From Candidatus Cloacimonadales bacterium (GTDB taxonomy: Bacteria; Cloacimonadota; Cloacimonadia; Cloacimonadales; JAFGVF01), in NCBI GenBank assembly GCA_963677495.2, contig CAXXOU010000002.1, forward strand, positions 230,523 to 294,522: DNA of 64,000 bases. Direction: 5' to 3'. Below the pieces are notes generated by a model that saw only the letters and a list, made by a program, of their open reading frames with translations, did no database searches and was not told where the DNA came from. Shown here piece after piece: positions 1-8,579 of the stretch; within the stretch, counting starts at the first letter, position 1; each line of letters starts with the position of its first letter. The position numbers and the translations under genes were made by a program.

Positions 1-56
1 AAGTTTTCTCTCCAAAGAAGAGCTTTGTTGAAAAGCTAAAGAACTACTTCTTCTAA
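1..56 (+). CDS. 3' end of an upstream CDS running off the window (tail ...SPKKSFVEKLKNYFF*)
   Basis: Frame is open from the window edge to TAA at 54-56, and the stop overlaps the rsmE ATG (TAATG). The tail loosely resembles a DnaJ-type C-terminus, but 18 aa is too short to assign. Confidence 0.3.
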   Translation, partial: VFSPKKSFVEKLKNYFF

Positions 57-790
57 TGCCTTCTTTCTATACACCCGATTTAGACAATAGAAGTACTAAA
101 CTACTTATAACGGGTAGTGAATACAATCATATAGTAAATGTTTTTAGAAAGCGTCCCGGAGATGAGATAAAGCTCAACTCCGGGCATGGTTTTATTGGTA
201 AAGCAGTCATATCACAGATACGAAAAAAAGAAGTAGTAGTTGAATTAATATCTGTCAGAGAGTATAAGAAAAGTACACCTGAGATTGCAGTTGCTTTCTC
301 GCTTCTACGTAATAAGAATGATAACCTATTGGTTGAAAAACTCACGGAGTTAGGGGTTAAACATCTTTATCCTTTCACATCTGAGAATAGTGTAAGAAAG
401 CCTTCTAAGAACACAATAACTAAGTTCGAAGAGACATGCGTTAGTGCAATCAAGCAATGCGACAACCCTTTCTTACCGGAATGCCATGAAGTCCTTTCTT
501 TGAAGTCTACATTGAATACTGTTACAGAAAATGGCTATATCCCGCTAATTGCCTCAGAGTTGGAAGGAGAACCATTGTTAGGAGCTGTTGTTGAAAGTTA
601 TGACAAACCGTTTTGTATCTTCATAGGACCAGAAGGTGGATTCAGTCCGGATGAGTTTGAGATATTCAAGAAAAATAAGGTTGTAACATACAGTTTATGT
701 AATCGTGTTCTAAGGGCTGAGACTGCAGCAATTACTGCAATAGCTCAAATGATAGCAGAATATATGAAGCTTAATCCACAGTATCAATAG
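56..790 (+). CDS. rsmE: 16S rRNA (uracil1498-N3)-methyltransferase RsmE
   Basis: 244 aa. N-terminal PUA-like region, then the SPOUT knot motifs FIGPEGGFSPDE and LCNRVLRAETAAITAIA typical of RsmE. Confidence 0.9.
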   Translation: MPSFYTPDLDNRSTKLLITGSEYNHIVNVFRKRPGDEIKLNSGHGFIGKAVISQIRKKEVVVELISVREYKKSTPEIAVAFSLLRNKNDNLLVEKLTELGVKHLYPFTSENSVRKPSKNTITKFEETCVSAIKQCDNPFLPECHEVLSLKSTLNTVTENGYIPLIASELEGEPLLGAVVESYDKPFCIFIGPEGGFSPDEFEIFKKNKVVTYSLCNRVLRAETAAITAIAQMIAEYMKLNPQYQ

Positions 791-3626
791 TCTTAAGTTT
801 TTGTTGTAACTCTTTAACCTTATCCCTAAGTTCCTTGATTCTAAACTCTCTCCCAACAAAGAGGTTATTGAATCTTTCCAGCTCTTTGTTTTTTTCTTCC
901 AATTCAGCTGTTCGCTGTTTTATCATCTCTTCCAGATGCTGTTTATGCTTCTCAAGATCTGCTCTATACCTATTTCTATCTGTAACATCTATATGAGTGC
1001 CAACAACTCTATGCGGCTTTCCCTCTTCATCATAGATTATGATTGCTTTTGCTAATATATCCACCCATTTACCTTTCTTATGCTTCATTCTGAAATCAAG
1101 AGTGAACCTTTCTTGCCTATTAGCGAAAAGGTCATCAAACCGTCCCATAACCTTCTTAACATCTTCAGGGTCAGTTAGTCTTTCCCATTCTGAGAAATCA
1201 TTCTCAATTTCATTATCTTCATATCCAAGCATCTTCTTCCATTGGGCTGAATAGTAGACATTATTAGTCTTTAAATCCCAGTCAAAAAGCCCATCCTGTG
1301 AAGCTGCCATTGCTAAATCAAATCTTTCTTCACTAAGCTTAAGTTGCTTCTCAATCCTTTTACTCATAGATATATCAACATGAGTACCAACAACTCTTAC
1401 AGCTTTCCCTTCTTCATTAAATATTGGCTTAGCTCTAGAGAGAATATCAACCCAATGTCCATCTTTGTGTCTCATTTTGAACTCAATCTCAAACTTGTCC
1501 AATTCCCCCTGGATTGTTTTTTGTATCATTTCCCAGGATTTTTTTACATCTTCCGGTGCTGTTAGTTTCTCCCAAACAGAGAAGTCATTTGGTAATTCAT
1601 CATACTCATACCCAAGCATAGATTTCCAAGTGGGAGAATAGTAAATATCATTTGTTAGCAGATTCCAGTCCCATAATCCATCATTAGTAGCATTCACAGA
1701 GTAATCAAAGCGTTCCTTTTGTAGCTTTAGTTCATTTTCTGCATTTACACGTTCAGTAATGTCTAGCCCGGAACTAAGCAACCCGGTTATCTTCCCATTT
1801 TTTCTAAGAATTGTGTTGAACCAAGATACATTCTTTATTTCTCCTGATTTAGTTAGCACTGTATTCTCATACCTTTGTACATTCTCAAGATCGCCGTTCA
1901 TGAGCTTAGAAAAAACTTTTTTAATCTCAGCACGTATATCTTGTGGGATACATAAATCAAACCAATTTTTTCCAACAAACTCATCTCGATTATATTCTAA
2001 TATTTCTAGTCCTACACTATTGATAAGCGTAATAATCCCTTTACAGTCAATTGAGATTATAATCCCTCCGGCTAAATCAAGATATTGCAAAGCTTCTTCA
2101 CGTGCTTTTTGTAGTGCTTCCTGTTTTAGCTTCAGCTCTGTAATATCTCTGTGAGTGCACACAACTCTGTATGGTTTTCTATTCTTGTATAAGACAATTG
2201 AAGTTGATTGTACGTGGACAATCTTACCGGTATATGAAAAGAATTTGAGTTGATGATTGAATCTTTTTGAAGTTCCATCGAATCCTTGCTTTAACTCTTC
2301 TAAAAATGAGATACAGTCAGTATGTAATGCTTTCTTCAATTTCTCAATAGAACTAAAGTCAGTACTTCGAGAATACCCAAGCATTTTCTTCCATTGTGGA
2401 GAACAAAAAATTATATCTTTCTCAATATCCCAATCAATGAGACCATCGTGTGATGCATCTATAGCTAAATCATATCTCTCATTACTCTCACGTAATTTTA
2501 AGTCTAACTCCTTCTGTTTAGTGACATCAACTTCATGAGTTACAAGCCCCTCAACATCATTATGTATATTGTAAAATGGGTAGTAATTGAAGTTCACCCA
2601 TCTTCGACCTTTGTTAGGAACATAAACGTTCAAGGTGAAACTTACAGATTTCCCTTCCAGTGCTTGGAGCATTCTCTTCTCGATTTCATTCTTGAATGTT
2701 TCAGGGTTGACAACATTGCCAACATATACGTGCAATATGTTCTGATAATCAAGTCCCCAATATTCGAAAGCAGCTTTATTTGCTGCAAGTAGTGTAAGGT
2801 TTTTTGAGATTAATGTCATTGGCTCAGGTATGGTTTTGATTATCTGATTTAATCTTTTCTGTTCCTCTTTAGCTTCATAGGCATACAAAGCCAAACTAAG
2901 ATCATCAGCTATCATTTTGAAAATATTATGGTCTTTTATATAGAGATTCTCCGTTGAGTATTTTATCTCAAAACTGCCGTATGTATGACCGTTACAATGC
3001 AACTGTTCAGTATGTTTAACTGTTTTAGACTCACCCTTACTCTTATCGTTAAGTCTACTTTTAACTTCAGTCACCGGTTTATATACCTCTCCGTAGCCGG
3101 AGTTAAAGAAAGTTCTCTTGGGGCGATGCCAGTTTGTTATTTTTATTTCTGTACTCTGGAGTTTCATGATATGTGTTAAAGAATCACATATATTTTGAAG
3201 CTTACTATCCAATTTAGCATCACTATTTATTATCCCTCTGATTTCTGTTAAAAGTGTTTTATCATTCAAGTCAGACTTCATGATTTTGTTATTTTCAGTA
3301 GTTTGAGAGATATTCTTAAAAATTAACATTACTTTGTCGTCAAAGACAGTTTTGTCAATAGTGAGAAAATAATAGGGACTATAACCTTTCGATTCTTTTA
3401 AAGTTAGCTCTAAATCAATTGTGTGCATCTCATGAAACTGATCTATTAAGGCTTGATTGTTTTCTTTGAATAACTTGAAAAGCTTAAAGACAGAAACACC
3501 ATTTCTATTTTCATTACTATTGAAAAGCTCTCTGGATTTCTTGTTGCAACTAATAATTGTTCCATCTGAATCTGTTACTATTATCGCAACTACATCCCTT
3601 TTCTTTAAATCTTGTTCATCTGTCAT
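771..3626 (-). CDS. Multi-PAS/PAC sensor protein with C-terminal coiled coil and no recognisable output domain
   Basis: 951 aa with at least 5 repeated PAS-PAC units (recurring W(K/E)(K/S)MLGY...(H/R)VVGTH.D(I/V)T blocks). It ends in a K/E-rich heptad segment, and no HisKA/HATPase, GGDEF or HTH motifs were seen. Its 3' end overlaps rsmE convergently by 20 bp. Confidence 0.85.
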   Translation of the reverse strand: MTDEQDLKKRDVVAIIVTDSDGTIISCNKKSRELFNSNENRNGVSVFKLFKLFKENNQALIDQFHEMHTIDLELTLKESKGYSPYYFLTIDKTVFDDKVMLIFKNISQTTENNKIMKSDLNDKTLLTEIRGIINSDAKLDSKLQNICDSLTHIMKLQSTEIKITNWHRPKRTFFNSGYGEVYKPVTEVKSRLNDKSKGESKTVKHTEQLHCNGHTYGSFEIKYSTENLYIKDHNIFKMIADDLSLALYAYEAKEEQKRLNQIIKTIPEPMTLISKNLTLLAANKAAFEYWGLDYQNILHVYVGNVVNPETFKNEIEKRMLQALEGKSVSFTLNVYVPNKGRRWVNFNYYPFYNIHNDVEGLVTHEVDVTKQKELDLKLRESNERYDLAIDASHDGLIDWDIEKDIIFCSPQWKKMLGYSRSTDFSSIEKLKKALHTDCISFLEELKQGFDGTSKRFNHQLKFFSYTGKIVHVQSTSIVLYKNRKPYRVVCTHRDITELKLKQEALQKAREEALQYLDLAGGIIISIDCKGIITLINSVGLEILEYNRDEFVGKNWFDLCIPQDIRAEIKKVFSKLMNGDLENVQRYENTVLTKSGEIKNVSWFNTILRKNGKITGLLSSGLDITERVNAENELKLQKERFDYSVNATNDGLWDWNLLTNDIYYSPTWKSMLGYEYDELPNDFSVWEKLTAPEDVKKSWEMIQKTIQGELDKFEIEFKMRHKDGHWVDILSRAKPIFNEEGKAVRVVGTHVDISMSKRIEKQLKLSEERFDLAMAASQDGLFDWDLKTNNVYYSAQWKKMLGYEDNEIENDFSEWERLTDPEDVKKVMGRFDDLFANRQERFTLDFRMKHKKGKWVDILAKAIIIYDEEGKPHRVVGTHIDVTDRNRYRADLEKHKQHLEEMIKQRTAELEEKNKELERFNNLFVGREFRIKELRDKVKELQQKLKTIDTVD

Positions 3627-3880
3627 AAGATATACCTCGCATTATAATTATAGTATGATTATCTATGTTGTCAATCAAAAGAATCATATATAATTATAAA
3701 ATGACTTTGGTTCATTTTCATGAAAGGATTGTAGCATTATAATCAAGAAACTTTTCCAGAAACTTTTCCATTGATCTAATCCCTTATTGTCTGCAGTGTC
3801 CTGAATAAGTTTACCATAGTTTTAGTTACTCAGTTTACTTCAATTGAATGAAATAATTCTATCTTTTCTAAATTGATTTA

Positions 3881-4669
3881 CTAAGAAGCATATACACTTC
3901 CAGGAGTGTTGTAGTCAAGTGAAGAATGATATCTTTTATTATTATAGATATAAACTGCTTCTTCCGTTGCTTGCAAAGCGACCTTTTTGTTTGGGAATTT
4001 CAATTTCATTCCCAGATCATGTTTCAATGTTCTGTTTACTCTTTCAGCGACTGCATTATCATAGCAGTGATTCTTTCCTGTCATACTAACTCTTGCATGG
4101 CTTCTTTTAAGCAATCCGATGTATTCTTTACTACAGTACTGGACACCATGATCAGAGTGAAGTATTATACCTCGCGGGATTTTTGTTCCTCTTTTTGCTT
4201 TATTAAATGCCTTCACTGCTCCTTTTGTTTCCAGAGTATCAGATAAGTAGTGACCAACTATCTTTCTTGAATAGTAGTCTGTTACTAAAAACAGATACAT
4301 AAACCCCCTTCCAACTGAGATATATGTAATGTCTGTTACCCAAACTTGGTCTTTTTTTGTGATGTTCGTTTCCGGTAAAAGATTGGGGTATATCTTCAAT
4401 TTATGCTTCCAGTTTGTTGTAACTACATATCGCTTGGGAGGTCTTTGCAATAAGTTATTCATACGTAACAACTCTATTAGTTTATCTCTACTTATCTTTA
4501 GGTCAGGATCATTATGTTTTATAAGCATTTTCATTATCATTCGATAGCCTGTTGTCTCCTGTTCTCGCCGGAGCTCTTCCACGAGTCGCACTATCTCACG
4601 GTCTCTCGCAGCATCTCGTTCGAGTATTTTTACATGCTTATTATAGCCTTGTCTTGTATAACCGTACAC
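3881..4669 (-). CDS. IS3-family transposase OrfB (DDE/rve integrase core)
   Basis: 262 aa from the first Met. The WVTDITY, LHSDHGVQY and AERVNRTLK blocks match the DD(35)E rve core. The frame stays open upstream to the slippery site, so an OrfAB fusion by -1 frameshift is expected. Confidence 0.9.
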   Translation of the reverse strand: MYGYTRQGYNKHVKILERDAARDREIVRLVEELRREQETTGYRMIMKMLIKHNDPDLKISRDKLIELLRMNNLLQRPPKRYVVTTNWKHKLKIYPNLLPETNITKKDQVWVTDITYISVGRGFMYLFLVTDYYSRKIVGHYLSDTLETKGAVKAFNKAKRGTKIPRGIILHSDHGVQYCSKEYIGLLKRSHARVSMTGKNHCYDNAVAERVNRTLKHDLGMKLKFPNKKVALQATEEAVYIYNNKRYHSSLDYNTPGSVYAS

Positions 4670-4683
4670 CTTACAAATCCTCT

Positions 4684-5118
4684 CTAATCCTCTGTATCGG
4701 AGTCCGCATTCAATAGCTCTTTCTTGAGTTTTTCCTGCACTATCGAACCAAGCTTTTTTTTTAGATCCATACCTAGCTTATTACCGGATACTTCTATCAA
4801 TGTCTCTAATGCTAACTCTTTAAGATAGCTATCGTCCAATGCACGCTGAAGCCGTCTATTCTCCTTGCGTAAGCGGATTAATTCGGTCTTTTCATCTTTA
4901 GTCATATAGTGTACCACCTTATCAATCTTTTGATCCATTCCATATTTTTTGATCCAACCTCGAATGGTTGTCGTACTTGGTATTTTATAAAGCTGAGTTG
5001 CTTCACTAATAGTTAAATATCCACTCTCGATTTCGTCTACTACTTTCATCTTAAATACTACACTATAGTTTCTCAAAACTCTCTTTTCTTCTTTCTCTTT
5101 CATCTCTTTTCCTTTCAT
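4684..5118 (-). CDS. IS3-family transposase OrfA (HTH plus leucine-zipper-like region)
   Basis: 144 aa. An HTH-like segment (ISEATQLYKIPSTTTIRGWIKKY) is followed by a coiled-coil region. It lies directly upstream of OrfB in the 0 frame. Confidence 0.9.
   Translation of the reverse strand: MKGKEMKEKEEKRVLRNYSVVFKMKVVDEIESGYLTISEATQLYKIPSTTTIRGWIKKYGMDQKIDKVVHYMTKDEKTELIRLRKENRRLQRALDDSYLKELALETLIEVSGNKLGMDLKKKLGSIVQEKLKKELLNADSDTED
4753..4762 (-). promoter_or_regulatory. Programmed -1 ribosomal frameshift site (A9G slippery run) of the IS3 element
   Basis: The minus strand reads CTA AAA AAA AAG CTT in the OrfA frame (plus-strand T9 run at 4754-4762). The frame offset between OrfA and OrfB equals -1. 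A AAA AAG is the classical IS3 motif. Confidence 0.75.
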
Positions 5119-5148
5119 AGTTTAGGGTAACTATTTCAGGACAATACA

Positions 5149-5310
5149 GTCTCTTCATCTCCCTGCAGTAATTCTTGGTAGACACTTGGCAAACCCTTGG
5201 TAAACCCTTGGCCTATTCTTGGCCTAATCGCCAAGAATTTACCAACCTATCGCCAAGTTAAAACCTGTTTACAATCACTAGTTACTGCAGAGAGTAGCGA
5301 GATGAATGAA
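5149..5310. repeat. Phased-word hairpin element, copy 1 (its left 9 nt lie at 3783-3791, split off by the IS3 insertion)
   Basis: CTTGG starts at 5174, 5185, 5196, 5207 and 5218, then CCAAG/CCAAC/CCAAG at 5231, 5242 and 5253, all on an 11-nt phase. Outer arms CTGCAGTAA (5163-5171) and TTACTGCAG (5282-5290). Homologous to 36128-36305. Confidence 0.8.
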
Positions 5311-5464
5311 AGTAGAAACAATCGGATAAAGTCTGGAAGAATTGGTATTATCACGTTTGCATTTACCTAACACAAGTCATGATCTACCCTTAACTTACTT
5401 TTGTTTAGAAGACCCACAAGAGGATTCTCGATTTGGGGTAGTGATTCATTATTCATCACACGAA

Positions 5465-5538
5465 GTGATGTTTATGGGGTAATGGAGCATCAAACAATGA
5501 CTACTCTAAACAGTTTCATATTGCGAAGCTTTATGGTC
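5465..5538 (+). pseudogene. Relic fragment of an M1-peptidase gene (GAMEH region joined to the YCEALW region)
   Basis: 5482-5519 nearly matches 6561-6598 and 5520-5538 nearly matches 6721-6738 of the downstream M1 gene, so about 120 bp are missing between them. The upstream codons read VYGVMEH against VYGAMEH in the intact gene. Confidence 0.6.
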
Positions 5539-5684
5539 TTAGTATAAAAAGAAACTTACCGAGCAAAACAGCAAACTCACTACAAAGCTTAAACTGCTTC
5601 TATACCTTTTTCATTGTTTTTCGAATAATTGTTATTGACTATTCTAGTGCAGATACCAAAATCATAGACATTAAGGAGAATACG

Positions 5685-8570
5685 ATGAGACATAGGATAG
5701 TTATTACAGCTTTGTTATTGATGTTGTGTGTAGCTCTATTTGCACACCCTCGACTTGATAAACCAATCTCTAATGAATTAGCACAACGATATGCTAATAT
5801 GTATACAAGAGCTGATTCATTACATGGATTTGATGTTGAAAAATATGAGATATTCTTAACTATAAATGATCAAACACAATATTTAGACGGACATGTTATT
5901 GCCACTGTTAATGCAGAGGAAGCAATGTCTGTGATTGAGTGGGATTTGGTTGGTCTCACAGCTACTGCAATTGAAGTTAATGGAGTTATGCAGAATAACT
6001 TCTCACAGAACGATACACATGTGATAATCCCTCTTACAGGGATAAATGATGGTGATCAATTCACTACTACTGTTTACTATTCAGGAAATCCTACGATGAG
6101 TCCTGTTTATGGCTGTGGTATGTTTTTCCAGAATGGCTCAGTGTTTACTATCTCGGATCCTGATGCTTCCAGATATTGGTGGCCTTGTTATGACCACCCA
6201 TGGGATAAAGCAATTGTAGATTTACATGTAACTATCAGAGATGATTGGGTGGCAGCCTGTAATGGTCTAAGAGATTCTATTGTTGATAACGGTGATGGAA
6301 CAAAGACACATAACTGGTTGGGCTCAAATCCTATGACTACATACTTAGCTTGCATCACTGCCGGTAACTATCATGAGCTTCCTTTGCAGTATTATAATGG
6401 CATTCCGATTCAGGACTTTGTCCTACCTACTCAGATTGCAAATGCGACAGAGGACCTTTCCCGTTTACCTGACATGATGAGTGCTTTCTCACAAATGTTT
6501 GGTGAATACCCTTTCGAGAAATATGGTCAAACAACTGTGAGTATGGGTGTATATGGTGCTATGGAGCATCAAACAATGACAACTCTAAACAGTTACATGA
6601 TAACCGGTACACATCAGTATGATACAATATTTGCTCATGAACTTTCACATCAATGGTTTGGCAATTGCTTAAGTATACTTGAGTTTAAAGATGTATGGCT
6701 TAATGAGGGTTTTGCAACATATTGCGAAGCTTTATGGACAGAATATGACCAAGGTTATCAAGCAATGTGCGATTACTACCGTGATGAGATATCCGGATAC
6801 TATTTGAGCTATGCTAACAGTTATGGTCCCCATACTACTTATGACCCTCCTTTTAACGCTTTGTTTACGCCAGTTACTTATGAGAAGCCCGGTTCAGTAC
6901 TGCACATGCTTCGTGCGAGAGTTGGTACAGAAATGTTTTTTAATATACTTCAATCCTGGTTCCAGGAATATTATAACGGTAATGTGAAGAGCTCTGAGTT
7001 TGAGGAGAAGTGTGAAGAGCTAACTGGTGAGAACTTCGACCAGTTCTTTGACCAATGGATTTATGGTTCAGGTATCCCTGAATATGAATATTCTGTATTT
7101 TATAACTACAATTTAGCAATTCCAAGATATAAAGTTTACGCTAAAACTACATCAAATACAGACACTGAGTTTGTTCTCGATATACCTTTCCATCATTATA
7201 GCTCTACTCAGCGAGACAGTGCATTAATACAAGCCGGTCCTGATGTCACAGAGTCAGTAGTTATGCTTGAGTACTTGCCGGTTGGGTATGAGATGGATCC
7301 TGATGAATGGATGATGGTAAGAGGTAGAGAGGAGCATAAAGTTGAAATAGTGGATGTTTATGCAGGAACCAACAGTGCACGAGTTGTATGGGCTCCATTC
7401 TGGGAAGATGTAGAAACAGAAGGTTATTACATTTATCGTGCTACTTTTGATGGTCCATTTGTAATGCAAACATCTGAACCTGTTACTGGAACAGAATGGA
7501 CTGATACTAACCTTTCACCACAAACTGAGTATTCGTACTATGTTGTTGCAGTAGACTCACAGGGATACGAATCCATGCCTTCTGAAACGAGAGTGGTTTG
7601 GACTGTCGATATGCCTATGGATCAAGGGATGCTCATCGTTGATGAAACTCGTGATATGAATGGTAATGTGCTTACTCCGGATGATGCTCAAGTAGATGAT
7701 TTCTATAGAGAAGTGTTTGCAGGAATGATATATGATGAGTATGATTACGCAACGGAAGGAGAAATAAGTGCTACAACACTTGGTCAATACTCTATAGTAT
7801 TTTGGCATGATGATGACTTCGCTGAGTTATTTGTAGAGGACAATCTCAATGCATTAGGAAGTTATCTAATGAGTGGAGGTAATCTTATTCTCTCAGGCTT
7901 TAAGACAACCGGTCAGATGAATCAGGATTTCCTGAAACAATATTTCCCTAATCTCTCTCCTGTTTATACTAATAACGCAGTCTTCGAATCAGCGTTCAGT
8001 ACAACATATCCAAGTCTGATTCTCGACCAAACGAAAATTCCTGCTAATTGGAATCAGAGCTTGAGAATGACTTTCAGTTTCCCTAACTATGGTGATGGTG
8101 CACTATATTTTGCAGACTATACAGATGGAGAACTTGCTGATGGTAATGCAGTAATCATCACAACAGATACCGGTGGTTCTCTAACGCTGAGTGGTATTCC
8201 GCTATATATGTTTGAGGTAGAGGGTGTCACTACTTTCTTGAACAGTTATATAGAATCGATTGATGAGTTCGTAGATAACGAAGACCACCAGCAACAGGTT
8301 GTAAATCCTGAACTTGTAGCGTATCCTAATCCTTTCAATCCTGAGCTTAATGTAAAAGTAGAGGGAATATCTGAAGAGATTGAAGTCTCTGTCTACAATA
8401 TCAAAGGGCAGAAGGTTGTCACTCTTATCAATGAGAGAGTAAGTGGTAATAAAACCCTTGTTTGGGATGGTAGAGACAGCAATGGAACAAACTGTGCATC
8501 CGGAATATATATGATACATGCAAAAAGCAATTCATTGAACACTGTAAAGCGTGTGATGTTGCTTAAATAG
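5685..8570 (+). CDS. Secreted M1-family zinc metallopeptidase with T9SS-type C-terminal domain
   Basis: 961 aa with a signal peptide. GAMEH (a GAMEN-like motif), HELSHQWFGN (HExxH) and WLNEGFATY (third zinc ligand). C-terminal AYPNPFNPELNV...NIKGQKV...SGIYMI sorting-domain signature. AAGGAGA RBS. Confidence 0.85.
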   Translation: MRHRIVITALLLMLCVALFAHPRLDKPISNELAQRYANMYTRADSLHGFDVEKYEIFLTINDQTQYLDGHVIATVNAEEAMSVIEWDLVGLTATAIEVNGVMQNNFSQNDTHVIIPLTGINDGDQFTTTVYYSGNPTMSPVYGCGMFFQNGSVFTISDPDASRYWWPCYDHPWDKAIVDLHVTIRDDWVAACNGLRDSIVDNGDGTKTHNWLGSNPMTTYLACITAGNYHELPLQYYNGIPIQDFVLPTQIANATEDLSRLPDMMSAFSQMFGEYPFEKYGQTTVSMGVYGAMEHQTMTTLNSYMITGTHQYDTIFAHELSHQWFGNCLSILEFKDVWLNEGFATYCEALWTEYDQGYQAMCDYYRDEISGYYLSYANSYGPHTTYDPPFNALFTPVTYEKPGSVLHMLRARVGTEMFFNILQSWFQEYYNGNVKSSEFEEKCEELTGENFDQFFDQWIYGSGIPEYEYSVFYNYNLAIPRYKVYAKTTSNTDTEFVLDIPFHHYSSTQRDSALIQAGPDVTESVVMLEYLPVGYEMDPDEWMMVRGREEHKVEIVDVYAGTNSARVVWAPFWEDVETEGYYIYRATFDGPFVMQTSEPVTGTEWTDTNLSPQTEYSYYVVAVDSQGYESMPSETRVVWTVDMPMDQGMLIVDETRDMNGNVLTPDDAQVDDFYREVFAGMIYDEYDYATEGEISATTLGQYSIVFWHDDDFAELFVEDNLNALGSYLMSGGNLILSGFKTTGQMNQDFLKQYFPNLSPVYTNNAVFESAFSTTYPSLILDQTKIPANWNQSLRMTFSFPNYGDGALYFADYTDGELADGNAVIITTDTGGSLTLSGIPLYMFEVEGVTTFLNSYIESIDEFVDNEDHQQQVVNPELVAYPNPFNPELNVKVEGISEEIEVSVYNIKGQKVVTLINERVSGNKTLVWDGRDSNGTNCASGIYMIHAKSNSLNTVKRVMLLK

Positions 8571-8579
8571 GGAGTATTT

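Larger units (their letters stand above)
3792..5148 (-). mobile_element. IS3-family insertion sequence (1357 bp), apparently intact
   Basis: TG...CA termini with imperfect terminal inverted repeats (TGCAGTGTCCTGAATAAGTTTACC vs the reverse complement TGTATTGTCCTGAAATAGTTACC). Identical 3-bp direct repeats GTC at 3789-3791 and 5149-5151. OrfA and OrfB are in the -1 frame relationship. Confidence 0.9.

Noticed and set aside
5174-5257. 11-nt tandem words considered as a mini-CRISPR or as coding repeats
   Set aside because: The period is far too short for CRISPR, is not a multiple of three, and has no ORF support. It is kept as a non-coding structural repeat instead.
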